From: Gemmatimonadaceae bacterium
GTDB taxonomy: Bacteria > Gemmatimonadota > Gemmatimonadetes > Gemmatimonadales > Gemmatimonadaceae
Length of the DNA stretch: 64,000 nt
Assembly (NCBI GenBank): GCA_035626995.1
Contig: DASPMP010000019.1
Location: 9,080 to 73,079, forward strand
Direction: 5' to 3'
Of this stretch, positions 63,576 to 64,000 are shown piece by piece; the first letter of the stretch is position 1; each line of letters starts with the position of its first letter. The notes beneath the pieces were generated by a model that saw nothing but the letters and a program-made list of their open reading frames with translations, did not search any database and had not been told where the DNA came from. The position numbers were made by a program, and so were the translations under genes.

Positions 63576-64000
63576 CGGTCCCGGTTCTCCCCGATGATTT
63601 CAGTGAGGATGCGATCGCAGTCGTAGGTGATCTTCCACTGCGGATAGTGCATCTGGAATTTGGCGAAGTCCGTGATGTACCACATGTGATCACCGATGCG
63701 CGCCTCGTCCTTGTACGACCATTTCATCGGCTGCCCGGTGACGCGCTCGCAGGTGGTGATCGCCTCGAGCATGGAGATGTTGCTGTCGCGTCCACCACCC
63801 ATGTTGTAGACCTCGCCGGCGCGTGGGCTCTCGAAGAACGCGTCGAACGCGGCGATGAGATCTGCCGAATGGATGTTATCGCGCACCTGCTTCGCCTTGT
63901 ACCCGAAGACCGTGTATTCCCGGCCGGTCACGGCACACTTCGCCAGGTAGGCGAGGAACCCGTGGAGCATGGTGCCGGAGTGATTCGGGCCGGTGAGGCA
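63560..64000 (-). CDS. NAD-dependent epimerase (CDP-paratose 2-epimerase-like), C-terminal part. The N-terminus lies beyond the window end.
   Basis: The frame is open to base 64000 (..[18 protein letters not shown]..). [53 protein letters not shown]. Subfamily assignment is from memory and not certain. Confidence 0.7.
   Translation of the reverse strand, partial: CLTGPNHSGTMLHGFLAYLAKCAVTGREYTVFGYKAKQVRDNIHSADLIAAFDAFFESPRAGEVYNMGGGRDSNISMLEAITTCERVTGQPMKWSYKDEARIGDHMWYITDFAKFQMHYPQWKITYDCDRILTEIIGENRDRWLTA

Overview
This is a high-GC bacterial chromosomal segment, densely coding with about 50 protein genes. I found no rRNA, tRNA, CRISPR array, transposase, integrase, phage gene or recognisable defence gene. 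Taxonomy cannot be assigned without a search; the protein families (TolB-amidohydrolase fusion, sortilin-like BNR protein, GlgE pathway) fit a soil Gemmatimonadota- or Acidobacteriota-like organism, which is only a guess.

Gene blocks:
- 1-5.8 kb: miscellaneous secreted and membrane proteins.
- 5.8-22.1 kb, minus strand: an eight-gene alpha-glucan/trehalose operon, glgE-treS-pep2-glgX-glgB-malQ-treY-glgP, with five 4-nt stop/start overlaps.
- 22.2-34 kb: a Vgb-like propeller, an M16 peptidase pair, a tandem cupredoxin-like protein, Fpg/Nei, two methyltransferases, a TolB-amidohydrolase and a TfoX-N protein.
- 33.9-42.1 kb, minus strand: a large HEAT-like protein, an HD-GYP protein, a VIT-vWA protein, an ECF sigma factor, an anti-sigma factor and a frameshifted outer-membrane barrel.
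- 42.9-51.3 kb: an S8 peptidase, tkt, serA, an FAD oxidase, a SerB-like phosphatase and a GSDH-type dehydrogenase.
- 51.3-64 kb: a glycan island with two GT-C transferases, two Dpm1-like GT2 enzymes, rfbF/rfbG/rfbH (CDP-3,6-dideoxyhexose), an SDR, an FkbM methyltransferase, a split transketolase and an epimerase.

The most unusual signal is non-coding. Short tandem repeats of 7, 8 or 14 nt sit exactly on gene junctions at about 11 loci. They are often arranged as inverted arrays and are sometimes read through in frame. One of them is a G-tract/C-tract element upstream of glgE. There is also a 188-bp MITE-like inverted-repeat element.

The second candidate for novelty is the glycan island, which joins a 3,6-dideoxyhexose module (no E3 reductase visible) to a split transketolase and to polyprenyl-phosphate/GT-C type transferases.

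All functional calls come from motif recognition by eye. No database search was possible.
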